NCBI RefSeq assembly: GCF_964204645.1 | Contig: NC_134030.1 | Span: 1,967,355 to 2,031,354 of the forward strand | Length of the DNA: 64,000 nucleotides | Source: Tubulanus polymorphus | Lineage: Eukaryota; Animalia; Nemertea | Direction: 5' to 3' | Shown here: positions 13,946 to 25,380 of the stretch, in pieces | How the letters are laid out: the number at the start of each line of letters is the position of its first letter | Numbering within the stretch: position 1 is the first letter of the stretch | Translations under genes and position numbers: made by a program | Notes under the pieces: generated by a model | Seen by the model: only the letters and a program-made list of their open reading frames with translations | Databases searched by the model: none | Told to the model about the DNA's origin: nothing

Positions 13946-15532
13946 TGATTTTGATAAAAGCTTTAATTTTTAGACCATATCTGAATCGACTATGTGTAAC
14001 TGTGACCAACTGTGTGAGAAACAATCTGTTATATTTATTCCATAATGAAGTACTTAATCTTCCCATTTACCAACGAGTTTATATTAAGTATAGAAATGGA
14101 TTCAATTTAAGTTGAATTTTCTGCGAAATTCTTCATTTTGTGCTGTTAAAAACTATCGGTGTATTTTTACTATTCCATCCTGTGCCTTTATCTCTTAGCG
14201 ACGAGTTAGATTTATTTGGGTTTTTTTAGAACCAAGTATTTTTGGTTGATCATTCCAAGTTGTAGCGACGATCAATTTATCGAATGTTTCTTCTTTTGGT
14301 GTTCTTTTTTTTTGAATGTATAAATTGCTGTTGCTGCGTATGATATGAATACATGATGAATTTTCGAACGAATAAATATTATTTATAGGAATTCAGTTTT
14401 TGGTCTCGATTTGTTTAGTAGAGTTGCAAGAATCGGTGGGTCTTAAGGAGGCATTCAGATCATGTTCAATCAGTATCAATTGACTGGGTTCGAACCTGGG
14501 TCACTATATCTAAGAGCGCTCCCTCATTCTGTAGCTCCCTAGATCCAGTGGTGCGCTCCCTCATTCTGTAGCTCTCTAGATCCAGTGGTCCCCTGTCATT
14601 CTGTACAAGCTCTCTAGATCCAGTGCCAGGGGCGGATTTAGGCCGTGTCGCCCGACACGGTCAGAATTTTAGAGTGCCTCTTTATTTTTCTCTGTATCAA
14701 AATTTGTTCTCTCAGAGATGCTCAGAAAGCTCTAAAATGATAGTAAAATTTCCAAAATTTTGCTGATATGCCTTTCTGCCCTAATCTAAGAATATATGCC
14801 CTTTTTATTGGTCACAACATGCCCCTGGATCCGCCCCCCCGAGTGCTTCCCTCATTCAGCAGGCCTGATCCAGACATCCACCATTTTAGTGTTGGACGAT
14901 ACATTTATTTCCACTAAGAAATGTCTCAGGTGAAGTTCTGTATACAGGTGAAGTTGGCGATTAAGAATGTGTTAGGGGTACGAGTTCCGTCCGAGCTAAA
15001 GGGTGGCAGGGTCCAGGCTGCACATTGATAGTGCTCATTGAGAATGACTGGATCTAGAACACACGCATCTGTAAAAACAAGGGGCAGTTGCACAGCTTAG
15101 ACTTAAGACCAGTGTAAGCTCATTTTGGTTCTTTAACCGATCTAACAACAAGACCAGAGTAAACTCATTTTAATAACCAATAACCAATCCAACAAATTAA
15201 GACCAGTCGCAGCTCATTTTGGTTCTATAGCCACTCTAACAACTTCAGAAAAGTCCTAGTCACCAGTCGTAACTGGTTCCCTACAACGTGGAACGAAGGC
15301 TAGGTACTAGCCTAGAGAAGTCTTAGCTAATTTTGGTTTTTTACCAACTCAATAATTTTGGTTCTATCAACTTAATACCAGTCTAAGACCAACTTGGTTC
15401 TATAGCCTATCTAACAACCAAAGAGCAGTCTTAAGGCCACTTAAGTCACAACCTGTGCAACCTGGCCCAGGATCCAGCTTGAGAGGGGATCGTTGGATCC
15501 AAGCCTAGAGCGGAGGCAGAGTCCAGGCTGCA

Positions 15533-15642
15533 GGATCCAGTTCCATAGTTGTGAGTTAGATTTAACTTGAGTCAAAGTTAGTTCATTTTCAATGTTTTAA
15601 CTCGACAGTCAAATCTTAACTCGCGACTGTGGAACCGGGCCC
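15533..15642. mobile_element. ~110-bp MITE, same family as 55800-55902
   Basis: Near-identical internal sequence and TIRs. Related TIR elements lie at ~3423-3580 and ~15081-15468. Confidence 0.75.
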
Positions 15643-15884
15643 TGATTGCTACTGCATTCATCTAATCAGTGTATACTTGGTCATTAGCATTCTTAAATCT
15701 ACAACAACTAACAGGTGAAAACTATAAAAGCATAGATTTTATTGAAAAAGATGCAATCAGCAAAACCAGTATTCGACTAAAAACTGGTTTAAAGAAAACT
15801 AAACAAAAACTCAAAATTCACAATTTGATTGGCATATATTATTTAATTAACTGTTTGATCAAACTCAACACAGCAAAATACAAT

Positions 15885-16335
15885 ATTTTTTCGATACAAA
15901 GATTTTCAATTAACTTTAAGTGTTACACCACACAAAAAAGTATCGATACTAGACTCCGCCCAAACATCCGACCCTCTTAGTTAAAACTACAGACTAAAGA
16001 TATTTTTCGATACATAGATATTTTTTTTCAATACAAATATATTTTTTTCGATACAAAGATATTTTTTTCAACTAACTTTAAGTGTTTCATCATATAAAAC
16101 AGTATTTGATACTAGACTCCGCCCAAACATCCGACCCTCTTAGTAAAAACTAAAGATAACAGACTAAGATAATTTTTGCAATACAAAGATATCTTTTTTT
16201 CGATACTTAGATAATGTTCTAACTAACTTTAAGTGTTACATCATATAAAACAGTATTTGATACTAGACTCCGCCCAAACATCCGACCCTCTTAACAAAAA
16301 CTACAATTACAACTAAGATATTTTCAACTAACTTT
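15885..16335. repeat. Three ~155-bp units with an invariant GC-rich core
   Basis: GATACTAGACTCCGCCCAAACATCCGACCCTCTTA at ~15945, 16108, 16259. Confidence 0.85.
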
Positions 16336-17424
16336 AATTAATTAATTACAAATTGTTTTGATACTGTGATATATTATTCTGTACTATGATTCACATTAAA
16401 TACTACTTAAAAATAGTGTAGCTACAATGTCTTTGATTCAGGAAATACCACAAATCTGATCAGAGAAATTCAAGATCAAGAAATGACCTTCTTATCTTTA
16501 TCAACAATGACTCTCAATTATAAATTAAGTCATCAATCAAACATTCTATGATACCAATCATTTATTTTTGAAGTTGATGGATTTTTTAATTGTGTGTTTG
16601 ATTTTATTTGGTTTAGTGTTTTTACTCGTTAATTGAGTCCATAGAATGCTTATAAGCGATGACGTTTGAAATGATCGAGTCACTGTTTACCGTACGTCCT
16701 TATCCTCAGTCGCCAGAGACTGCTCTTCCAATTCAACAGAAAGCGGTATTTCATGAAAAACTCTTAACACTTACAATCAATTTCAACATAATATTCATGA
16801 TAATTCAGATAATCCAATTAATTATTCGTTAACAATATAAGATAATTATAGAGCGTGATTTTATTAATCCTCTTACAACAATGTATCATAGGCCCAGTTT
16901 AAAAAACAATTAATAATTTCTATTAATGGGCAAATTAAACTCACACAGAAAAATATTGTAGCTACAAACATCAATTTCTTCAATTCATAAATTACCAAAT
17001 ATAACAAAATACCTGACTATGAAAATAATATAAGAGGAAACTCGATTATATTGGATAAAGTCATCATCGAGTAAAACTTGATGAAACTTGATTCGCAAAG
17101 TATCCAGCATTCTATCCTATCAACTGTTTATATGTGTCATTTTTTCTCTTATGTTATTGTTTTTATTTAACCCTTAGTATTTTCAGTGTTGTTGATTTGT
17201 GTATTTTGAATGGTTTATTGTTCATGCGTAGTTGAGCTGATAGAATGCTGAAATAACATCGCGGTAAAAGGTCCTCGACCGACCGGAGGCTCGTACCCTG
17301 CAGACGACACATCCTCAGTCAATAACAAACTGCTCCTCTATATTTTCAACAGGATTTTGATTAAATCGGTATTTTATGAGTCGGCGAAAAAGACTTAAAT
17401 ACAAACATAACTCTTTTGAAAATA

Positions 17425-17660
17425 GCCATGAACGTAAAGCCTAGATACGTCCATGACAAAAACAGACTCCAAAACCTAAGAGTCTATGGTGTAACACTAA
17501 GCCGGAGACACAAGCAAAGAGTTGAAATATGACTGTTTTCAACTCAGGACTGCTGTGTTCATCCAGCTAAAATCCTTCAAAAGGTTAAGTTCACTCTGGA
17601 AAGCGTAAGGTTCGAAACCTCCGCACTAAAACCAGACATAACCTCGAAGGCCGTATTCAC
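17425..17660 (-). ncRNA. Candidate multi-hairpin structured RNA
   Basis: At least six consecutive stem-loops in ~235 nt, ending (minus strand) in GUUUUU and a 12-bp terminal hairpin with G-U pairs. Confidence 0.35.
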
Positions 17661-17737
17661 TCGTAATGTTAACAATATAACTTATTTCTTTCATCTATAT
17701 CATTATTTTTCATAATTGATTCATTTTTTCATCATGA

Positions 17738-19138
17738 TTAATACATTATCTTTTTCTTTTTTTTTAAATTCTTAATTAATACATTATCTTTTTCTTTTTT
17801 TTTAAATTCTTAATTAATACATTATCTTTTTCTTTTTTTCAAAATTCTTAATTAATACATTATCTTTTTCTTTTTTTTTAAATTCTTAATTAATACATTA
17901 TCTTTTTCTTTTTTTTTAAATTCTTAATTAATACATTATCTTTTTCTTTTTTTTTTAAATTCTTAATTAATACATTATCTTTTTCTTTTTTTTTTAATTC
18001 TTAATTAATACATTATCTTTTTCTTTTTAAAAATTCTTAAACAATACATTATCTTTTTCTTTTTTTTTAAATTCTTAATTAATACATTATCTTTTTCTTT
18101 TTTTTTAAATTCTTAATTAATACATTATCTTTTTCTTTTTTTTTTAATTCTTAATTAATACATTATCTTTTTCTTTTTAAAAATTCTTAAACAATACATT
18201 ATCTTTTTCTTTTTTTTTAAATTCTTAATTAATACATTATCTTTTTCTTTTTTTTTAAATTCTTAATTAATACATTATCTTTTTCTTTTTTTTTAAATTC
18301 TTAATTAATACATTATCTTTTTCTTTTTTTCAAAATTCTTAATTAATACATTATCTTTTTCTTTTTTTTTAAATTCTTAATTAATACATTATCTTTTTCT
18401 TTTTTTTTAAATTCTTAATTAATACATTATCTTTTTCTTTTTTTTTTAAATTCTTAATTAATACATTATCTTTTTCTTTTTTTCAAAATTCTTAATTAAT
18501 ACATTATCTTTTTCTTTTTTTCAAAATTCTTAATTAATACATTATCTTTTTCTTTTTTTTTAAATTCTTAATTAATACATTATCTTTTTCTTTTTTTTTA
18601 AATTCTTAATTAATACATTATCTTTTTCTTTTTTTTTTAAATTCTTAATTAATACATTATCTTTTTCTTTTTTTTTTAATTCTTAATTAATACATTATCT
18701 TTTTCTTTTTAAAAATTCTTAAACAATACATTATCTTTTTCTTTTTTTTTAAATTCTTAATTAATACATTATCTTTTTCTTTTTTTTTAAATTCTTAATT
18801 AATACATTATCTTTTTCTTTTTTTTTTAATTCTTAATTAATACATTATCTTTTTCTTTTTAAAAATTCTTAAACAATACATTATCTTTTTCTTTTTTTTT
18901 AAATTCTTAATTAATACATTATCTTTTTCTTTTTTTTTAAATTCTTAATTAATACATTATCTTTTTCTTTTTTTTTTAATTCTTAATTAATACATTATCT
19001 TTTTCTTTTTTTTAAATTCTTAATTAATACATTATCTTTTTCTTTAAATTCTTAATTAATACATTATCTTTTTCTTTTTTTTTAAATTCTTAATTAATAC
19101 ATTATTTTTTTTTTTTTTTTTTATACATAATTAATACA
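17738..19138. repeat. AT-rich minisatellite, ~38-40-bp unit, ~35 copies
   Basis: TTAATTAATACATTATCTTTTTC(T)nAAATTC repeated. Confidence 0.97.
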
Positions 19139-19639
19139 AAATTTTAGACTTCTATTAACCATCATTCATAAAACAATGAATATTCACATTAAGTGAATGA
19201 GAGTGGGGCTATTTTAAAGGAAACTTGATCTTTCATTTGTTTATTATGCACATCCTATCGTGCTGCCAACACCCGGTTTGTTAGTTAAGAAAAATGAAGT
19301 AATAAGAGGAGAATTGTTGAGGAGAATAAGAAAGTCTAGAATGTATTGAATTAACTATCAAAAGATCAAGTAATGAATTAAGTAAAGAGATCAGGCTATT
19401 TTTGAGGGCGATGTTTTATGAATGAATGAAAAAAACCTATTTTTAATTTCACTAGAAAATGATACCAGATGATGTAAATAGGACCCATTCATAACACACA
19501 GATTCACACACAAATTTACACACAGATTCACACAGGACCAACAAATACACATCACAATTGCACCTACCTTACACCACCTCCATTTACATCATACTGCATC
19601 TTTTTCGTCGTGAATTTCGGGGCCCCTTTTAAAAAATGC

Positions 19640-22085
19640 GCACTACACTATACGATTGTCCACCGGTCGCTGCTGCTGCTGCTGCTCCTCAGAATATTCC
19701 GTTTGTTAAATCAGCTGCTGCTCCTTAAAGAATTGTTCGTAAACTTGCTGCTCCTCAAATCATGTAAACTATGTCCCTCCTTGAATCATTGTTTATAAAC
19801 TATGCTGCTCCTTGAATCATTGTTTGTAAACTATACTGCTCCTTGAATCATTGTTTGTAAACTATGTCGCTTCTCGAATCATTTGCTGCTCCTGTAAACT
19901 CGCTGCTCCTTCTGTTGTTTTAACAATTGTTTGTAAACTCCTCCGTCTCTGCCAAAACTCTGTCGTAGTAAACTCTCAACTGTAGAACTCTGGAAAATTA
20001 CAATTTATAAGAATAAATCAATGAAGATTTTGTAAAAGTAATGTTAAAATGATTAATTCAATTTTGAAATCTAACTCACCATATATCACAAGAAATTGTT
20101 GTCTTGCCTTGTCTGATTGCTGCTCTATAATTGTCTTCGTTGCTGCTGAACCATATTCTGCCATCTACTGCTCATCGTGCTGTTGCTGGTAAACTCATCT
20201 TGAACTCTCCGCTCACATTTTCTGGATGTCGTCCTGGCAACAAAAATAATAATTTCTAAGAATAATTCAACATTGAAACAAGTTCCCTACGACTCTACTT
20301 GATGAGATGTGAAAAGACAATGATTTTAATTTTGACACCTAACTCACCATAACTAATCGTCTCTGTTGCTCCTAAACCAAATTCTGCTATCTACTGCTAT
20401 CTGTCTGCGGTAAACTCATTGCTGCTGCTGCTGCTGCTCCTATAAGTTATTTGTAAACTCTGTTGCTTCCAGGCTGATTATAGTATGTAAACTTTGCCCT
20501 GGTATTGTCTTCTCTAACAACTCTGATAAATATATAAAGATATATGAAAAATTGTTCAACGAATATAATTTCGAAGTCTAAACTCACCACATATCACAAG
20601 AAACTGTTGTCTTGACTCTCTCTGTTGCTTCTGTGATCTCATCTGGAACTCTCCGCTCACAAAACTGTCTCTGTTGCTTCTTAACCAAGTTCTGCCATTT
20701 ACTGCTCATCGTGCTGTTGGTGGTAAACTCATCTGGAACTCTCCGCTCACAAAACTGTCTCTGTTGCTTCTTAACCAAGTTCTGCCATTTACTGCTCATC
20801 GTGCTGTTGGTGGTAAACTCATCTGGAACTCCGCTCATATTTCTGGGTCTTCTGTTGTCGTCACAGGCGTGATTCAGTCACTGATTATCGGCCCCCCCCC
20901 CCCCCCATTTCACAGGAAGTTCATGATTGGTAAACAAGTTGGTCCATCGGTCATCAGTCAGTGTCTAGTAACAGGATAGAAGTTCATGATTGGTAAACAA
21001 GTTGGTCCATCGGTCATCAGTCAGTGTCTGGTAACAGGATAGAAGTTCATGATTGGTAAACAAGTTGGTCCATCGGTCATCAGTCAGTGTCTGGTAACAG
21101 GATAGAAGTTCATGATTGGTAAACAAGTCGGTCCATCGGTCATCAGTCAGTGTCTGGTAACAGGATAGAAGTTCATGATTGGTAAACAAGTCGGTCCATC
21201 GGTCATCAGTCAGTGTCTGGTAACAGGATAGAAGTTCATGATTGGTAAACAAGTCGGTCCATCGGTCATTAGTCAGTGTCTGGTAACAGGATAGAAGTTC
21301 ATGATTGGTAAACAAGTCGGTCCATCGGTCATCAGTCAGTGTCTGGTAACAGGATAGAAGTTCATGATTGGTAAATAAGTCGGTCCATCGGTCATCAGTC
21401 AGTGTCTGGTAACAGGATAGAAGTTCATGATTGGTAAACAAGTCGGTCCATCGGTCATCAGTCAGTGTCTGGTAACAGGATAGAAGTTCATGATTGGTAA
21501 ACAAGTCGGTCCATCGGTCATCAGTCAGTGTCTAGTAACAGGATAGAAGTTCATGATTGGTAAACAAGTTGGTCCATCGGTCATCAGTCAGTGTCTGCTA
21601 ACAGGATAGAAGTTCATGATTGGTAAACAAGTCGGTCAATTGGTCATCATCTTCTGTATGGTCGTCCGATCGGCTGCGTCTTGGAATATTCAGCTGGAAA
21701 GAAATGATATTTTTGAGGCGTACAATCTTTTCGAGCATCTTATAAATTTACATGTAAAAGTTAAATCCGTTCTTGTCGTATACAATTGCAATAATTGTAT
21801 TATTTGATCAGTGATTGTCAATAAACCCCCGATTGATTAGTATTAGTAGCGTTAGTTAATCACTATTTAAGACAGTGATCATTAACGTAGATTTCTCTGA
21901 TACAAGATCAGTTAACGTTGATTTGGTACAAAGACCACAGTGTCTTTAAAAAGACGGATCTGAGAACCTACTGAACCTACCCGACCTCGTCGTTCGAGGA
22001 GTTTGGATTTTTCGTGCAAATAAGGATATACAGCTTTTTGAGGCTGTTATTTCTAGAGGATGTTTGGCAAAAGGACATTTGATAG
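19640..22085 (-). pseudogene. Spliced minus-strand transcript unit: decayed Q/E-rich repetitive gene or lncRNA
   Basis: Four predicted introns: 21980-21694 (GTAGGT..TTCTTTCCAG), 20587-20523, 20347-20234, 20079-19990 (the last three GTGAGTT..CAG). The best frame (AESSR*VYQQQHDEQ*MAE..) has repeated stops. Outer boundaries are approximate. Confidence 0.55.
20916..21638. repeat. 63-bp minisatellite, ~11.5 copies
   Basis: Unit GAAGTTCATGATTGGTAAACAAGTCGGTCCATCGGTCATCAGTCAGTGTCTGGTAACAGGATA. Confidence 0.97.
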
Positions 22086-22102
22086 TTAGGAGCTCTAGCG
22101 AG

Positions 22103-22880
22103 GCTGGTAGCGCCACCTATTGCTCTGTCACTATTGTCTCTGCGCTCTGAGAGGAATGGATAGTTTTTTAAAGATGGATATGTTTGATTTGCGAGTTCTA
22201 GGTGACTGGTAGCGCCACCTATTACTCTTCATCGTCTCCGCAACTTTACCTGTTGCCCCAGAGAGTATTAGATGGGAGATATTTGGGGTTTGTTATGAGT
22301 TGGGAGCTATAGGAAGGCTGGTAGCGCCACCTATTATTGCTCAGGCACCATCGTCTTTGCAACTTACCAGAAGCTCTGATTTACATGATTGAATTCACAT
22401 GATTAAGTGATTTCAAGGGAATTTTTTTTAGAGTTGGGAGCTATAGGAAGGCTGGTAGCGCCACCTATTATTGCTCAGGCACCATCGTCTCCGCCCACTT
22501 ACCCGAAACTCTGATCAAAGTTTAATGTATTTTTAGGGGAGTTTTTTGAGATCTAAGAGCTATAGGAAGGCTGGTAGCGCCACCTATTGCTCAAACACCA
22601 TCATCTCCGCGCACTTACCCGCAGCTCTGATTGTATTTTATAAGGTTTGGGAGCTATAGGAAGGCTGGTAGCGCCACCTTTTATTGCTCAGGCACCATTG
22701 TCTCTGCCCACTTACCCGACTCTGATCAAAGATTAATGTATTTTTAGAGCTATATTTGGGCTGGTAGCACCACCTATTGCTAATGAACCATCATTTCCGC
22801 GCACTTACCCAAAAAGCTCTGATTGTATTTCATAAAGTTTTAGTAATTTAGGGGAGTTAGGGGGTAGTGCCACCTATTGC
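22103..22880 (-). promoter_or_regulatory. Array of 8 CTCF-like motifs, unit 1
   Basis: TAGCGCCACCT(A) or a one-mismatch variant at ~22108, 22210, 22322, 22456, 22575, 22669, 22765, 22865. The reverse strand reads AATAGGTGGCGCTA, resembling the CTCF core CCASYAGRKGGCRS. Confidence 0.6.
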
Positions 22881-23782
22881 TCAGGAATGGTTCCTTTTGC
22901 CTCTCATCAACTATCAAGTTAAACAGTCAAAATATTCATGCATGACTTTTATAACTAGTGACTAATGGATGACACCAAAGCCTTCGATGTGACAGAAAAC
23001 TTGATAGAAAACTTTTACTGGAAATCCAGAATTTTCAAACCAATCGACTAAATGTCAGTAAATCATTAGAAAATATAAACTTGTCATAAAATGAGAAGCT
23101 GAATTGAAAGAGATCTTGAAATGACTCTTTTAAGATTGAGATTTCATTAACAAAGATTGAGATTTCAGTGAGAAAATATTTGAAATATTGCAAATAGTTT
23201 CTGCAATTGATAATTCTAGTAACAAAGATTCACTGACTCAATTGATATATCAATATCAAAATACTGATAGAAGTGACACAGAAATTAGCAACAAACATTC
23301 AGAATTTCATATCTGAAGTTTCTCTCGAAGTTCATTATCAGCTTTGAAATGATACAGTGATTTTCCATCAAAAGGAAAAACACAATTTAAAGTTTTTTCC
23401 ATCAAAAAATGATTTTATTCCGTTCTGTCAAAAGGAAAGATACAATTTAAGTCTTTCCATCAAAAATAAAAACATAGTCAAGTTTTTTTCCGTCAAAAGG
23501 AAAAACGCTATCTCAAGTTCTTCCGAGTTTCACAGGAAATTGCAAACAACCAGTATTCAAACAGGTTTCTTTTCAAATCTCATTATTGTCTGGTTTTAAG
23601 AATTTTCAAACTTAAATCAGCACCAAACAAACATTCATAGAAATTGCTTATAAAAATCAAATATAAACAGATGACATCTAGATGTCAATATCATCTTGAG
23701 AAAAATTATTAATCTTCATTTTTGAAAAATTACTACATGTCATTTACTATGTCTGGTTACAACAGTTATAATGATTATGCAA

Positions 23783-24395
23783 ATGAGAGTGGAGAGAGTG
23801 CCACAAATGAATCGGGACTTTCATCTAATACGAGCACGCTGAAAATAGAAACATGTGTTAAATTGAATGAGGCAAACCATTATGTATAAGACATGAATGA
23901 GTTCGCGGTGGTCATTGAAATATGACCGGTTAAAACTGACGTTTAGAAATAAAGATTGGTGAAATATTGAATTGTAAATTTGTACTCGGAGAAGTCCCAA
24001 GACGACACCTCACCACTCATTATTTCTCACTCTAAACCGGTGTCAGTAATTAAACTCTACACAACCTCAAATTAAAACTATACATCAAAATTACTAATTT
24101 TTGGAATAGTGCCACTGAATGTATTTAAGGACTTCAGTCTAATACGAGTACAAACAAACAAACAAACAAATGAACAGAATATGATGAAAATCTGAACACA
24201 GTAAAATTGAATAAAAGCAAACCATTTATGCAAAACAAAGTTACTACATAAATGAGTTCACAAGTGGCCATTAAATTAGACCTGATTGAAAATGATAAAT
24301 TATTGGAATTGTACTCGGAAAAGTCCTGCATTTATTTCCAAAACGGCACTTCAGTTTCTAGTTCCTAATATTCTCATAGACACCGGTATCATTGA
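23783..24395 (-). ncRNA. Pair of candidate structured RNAs (element A); also at ~29599-30205 and ~35326-35930
   Basis: Two diverged paralogs (23783-24050, 24108-24395) share nested helices with compensatory changes. Most non-Watson-Crick positions become G-U on the minus strand. Confidence 0.45.
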
Positions 24396-25380
24396 TAAAC
24401 TTATATTAGGCTAAATTTATATTAGGCTAAATTTATATTAGGCTAAATTTGAAGTAAAATTTCAAAGCGTCGAAGCTTTTACTCGCAATCACTTTCATTT
24501 TCAGTAATTTCTATTTTTGATTGTTTGGTGCAAATTTATCAATCGGAATATTTGAAATGACACCAGACGTTTTGGATAAAACCTGAAGGTTGCGCAATTG
24601 ATTTTGAATCATACTACAGTGATTTTCCATCAAAAGGAAACTCACAATTTAAATCTTTTCCATCAAAAAAATGATTTTATTCTGGTCTGTCAAAAGGATA
24701 GATAAAATTTAAGTCTTTCCATCAAAAATAAAAACATACTTAAGTTTTTTCCGTCAAAAGGAAAAACGTTATCTTCAGTTCTTCCGAGTTTCACAGGAAA
24801 TTGCAAACAACCAGTTTTCAAGCAGGTTTCTTTACAAATATTTTTCAAAGTTCAGATATCAATTACAAAAAAACTGAATGAAGATTCTATATTTGCATTT
24901 GAATCACGTAAACAAAGTGAGGAACTTCAATTAATTTATTTCAACTTTTAAACTTCACTTCTAAAAGCATTTTAATAAAATCGATATTAAAATATATCGA
25001 GATTTCATAAGATGATATTTGAAATATTCACATAAATGTGGCACAAAACATTAACTAGAAATCAAGAACTTTTAAAACTAAATATCAGTAAGACATCTTG
25101 AAATGACTCTTTTTGAAATTGAGATTCCACTAAGAAAACATTAGAAATGATTGCAAATCTTAGTGCAATTGAGATTTCACTACCAAATATTAAGATTCCA
25201 GTAAGAAAACATATCTAATGATCGCAATTCCTTTGGAGATTGCAAATTTAAGCAAAAGAACTTAACACCCTTATATTGACATTTTGCAGAGACGTTTTTT
25301 AAAGGAAATATGATATGGGAACTTTGATAACATGATTAAAACAGAGCTTGCGGAGATGATCCTAATATACCTCAAGGGAC

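Noticed and set aside
16680-17325. Hammerhead ribozymes from minus-strand CTGAGGA motifs
   Set aside because: No stem II followed by GAAA downstream.
20965-21504. 179-aa repetitive ORF (FTNHELLSCYQTLTDDRWTDL)n as a real protein
   Set aside because: By-product of a 63-bp minisatellite; neighbouring units have in-frame stops and there is no ATG start.
21806-21882. Intronic C/D snoRNA (minus strand ATGATCA...CTGA)
   Set aside because: The C box is imperfect, the match may simply reflect the TGATCA palindrome, and I recognise no rRNA antisense element.
22103-22880. CRISPR-like repeat-spacer array
   Set aside because: Spacers are homologous to each other and ~100 bp long, the context is an intron-containing animal genome, and there are no cas genes.
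23790-24000. RNase MRP/P RNA (GAGAGTGCCAC, GAAGTCCC and GGGAC words)
   Set aside because: The words occur in the wrong order and nest as a simple helix rather than the P4 pseudoknot; likely coincidental.
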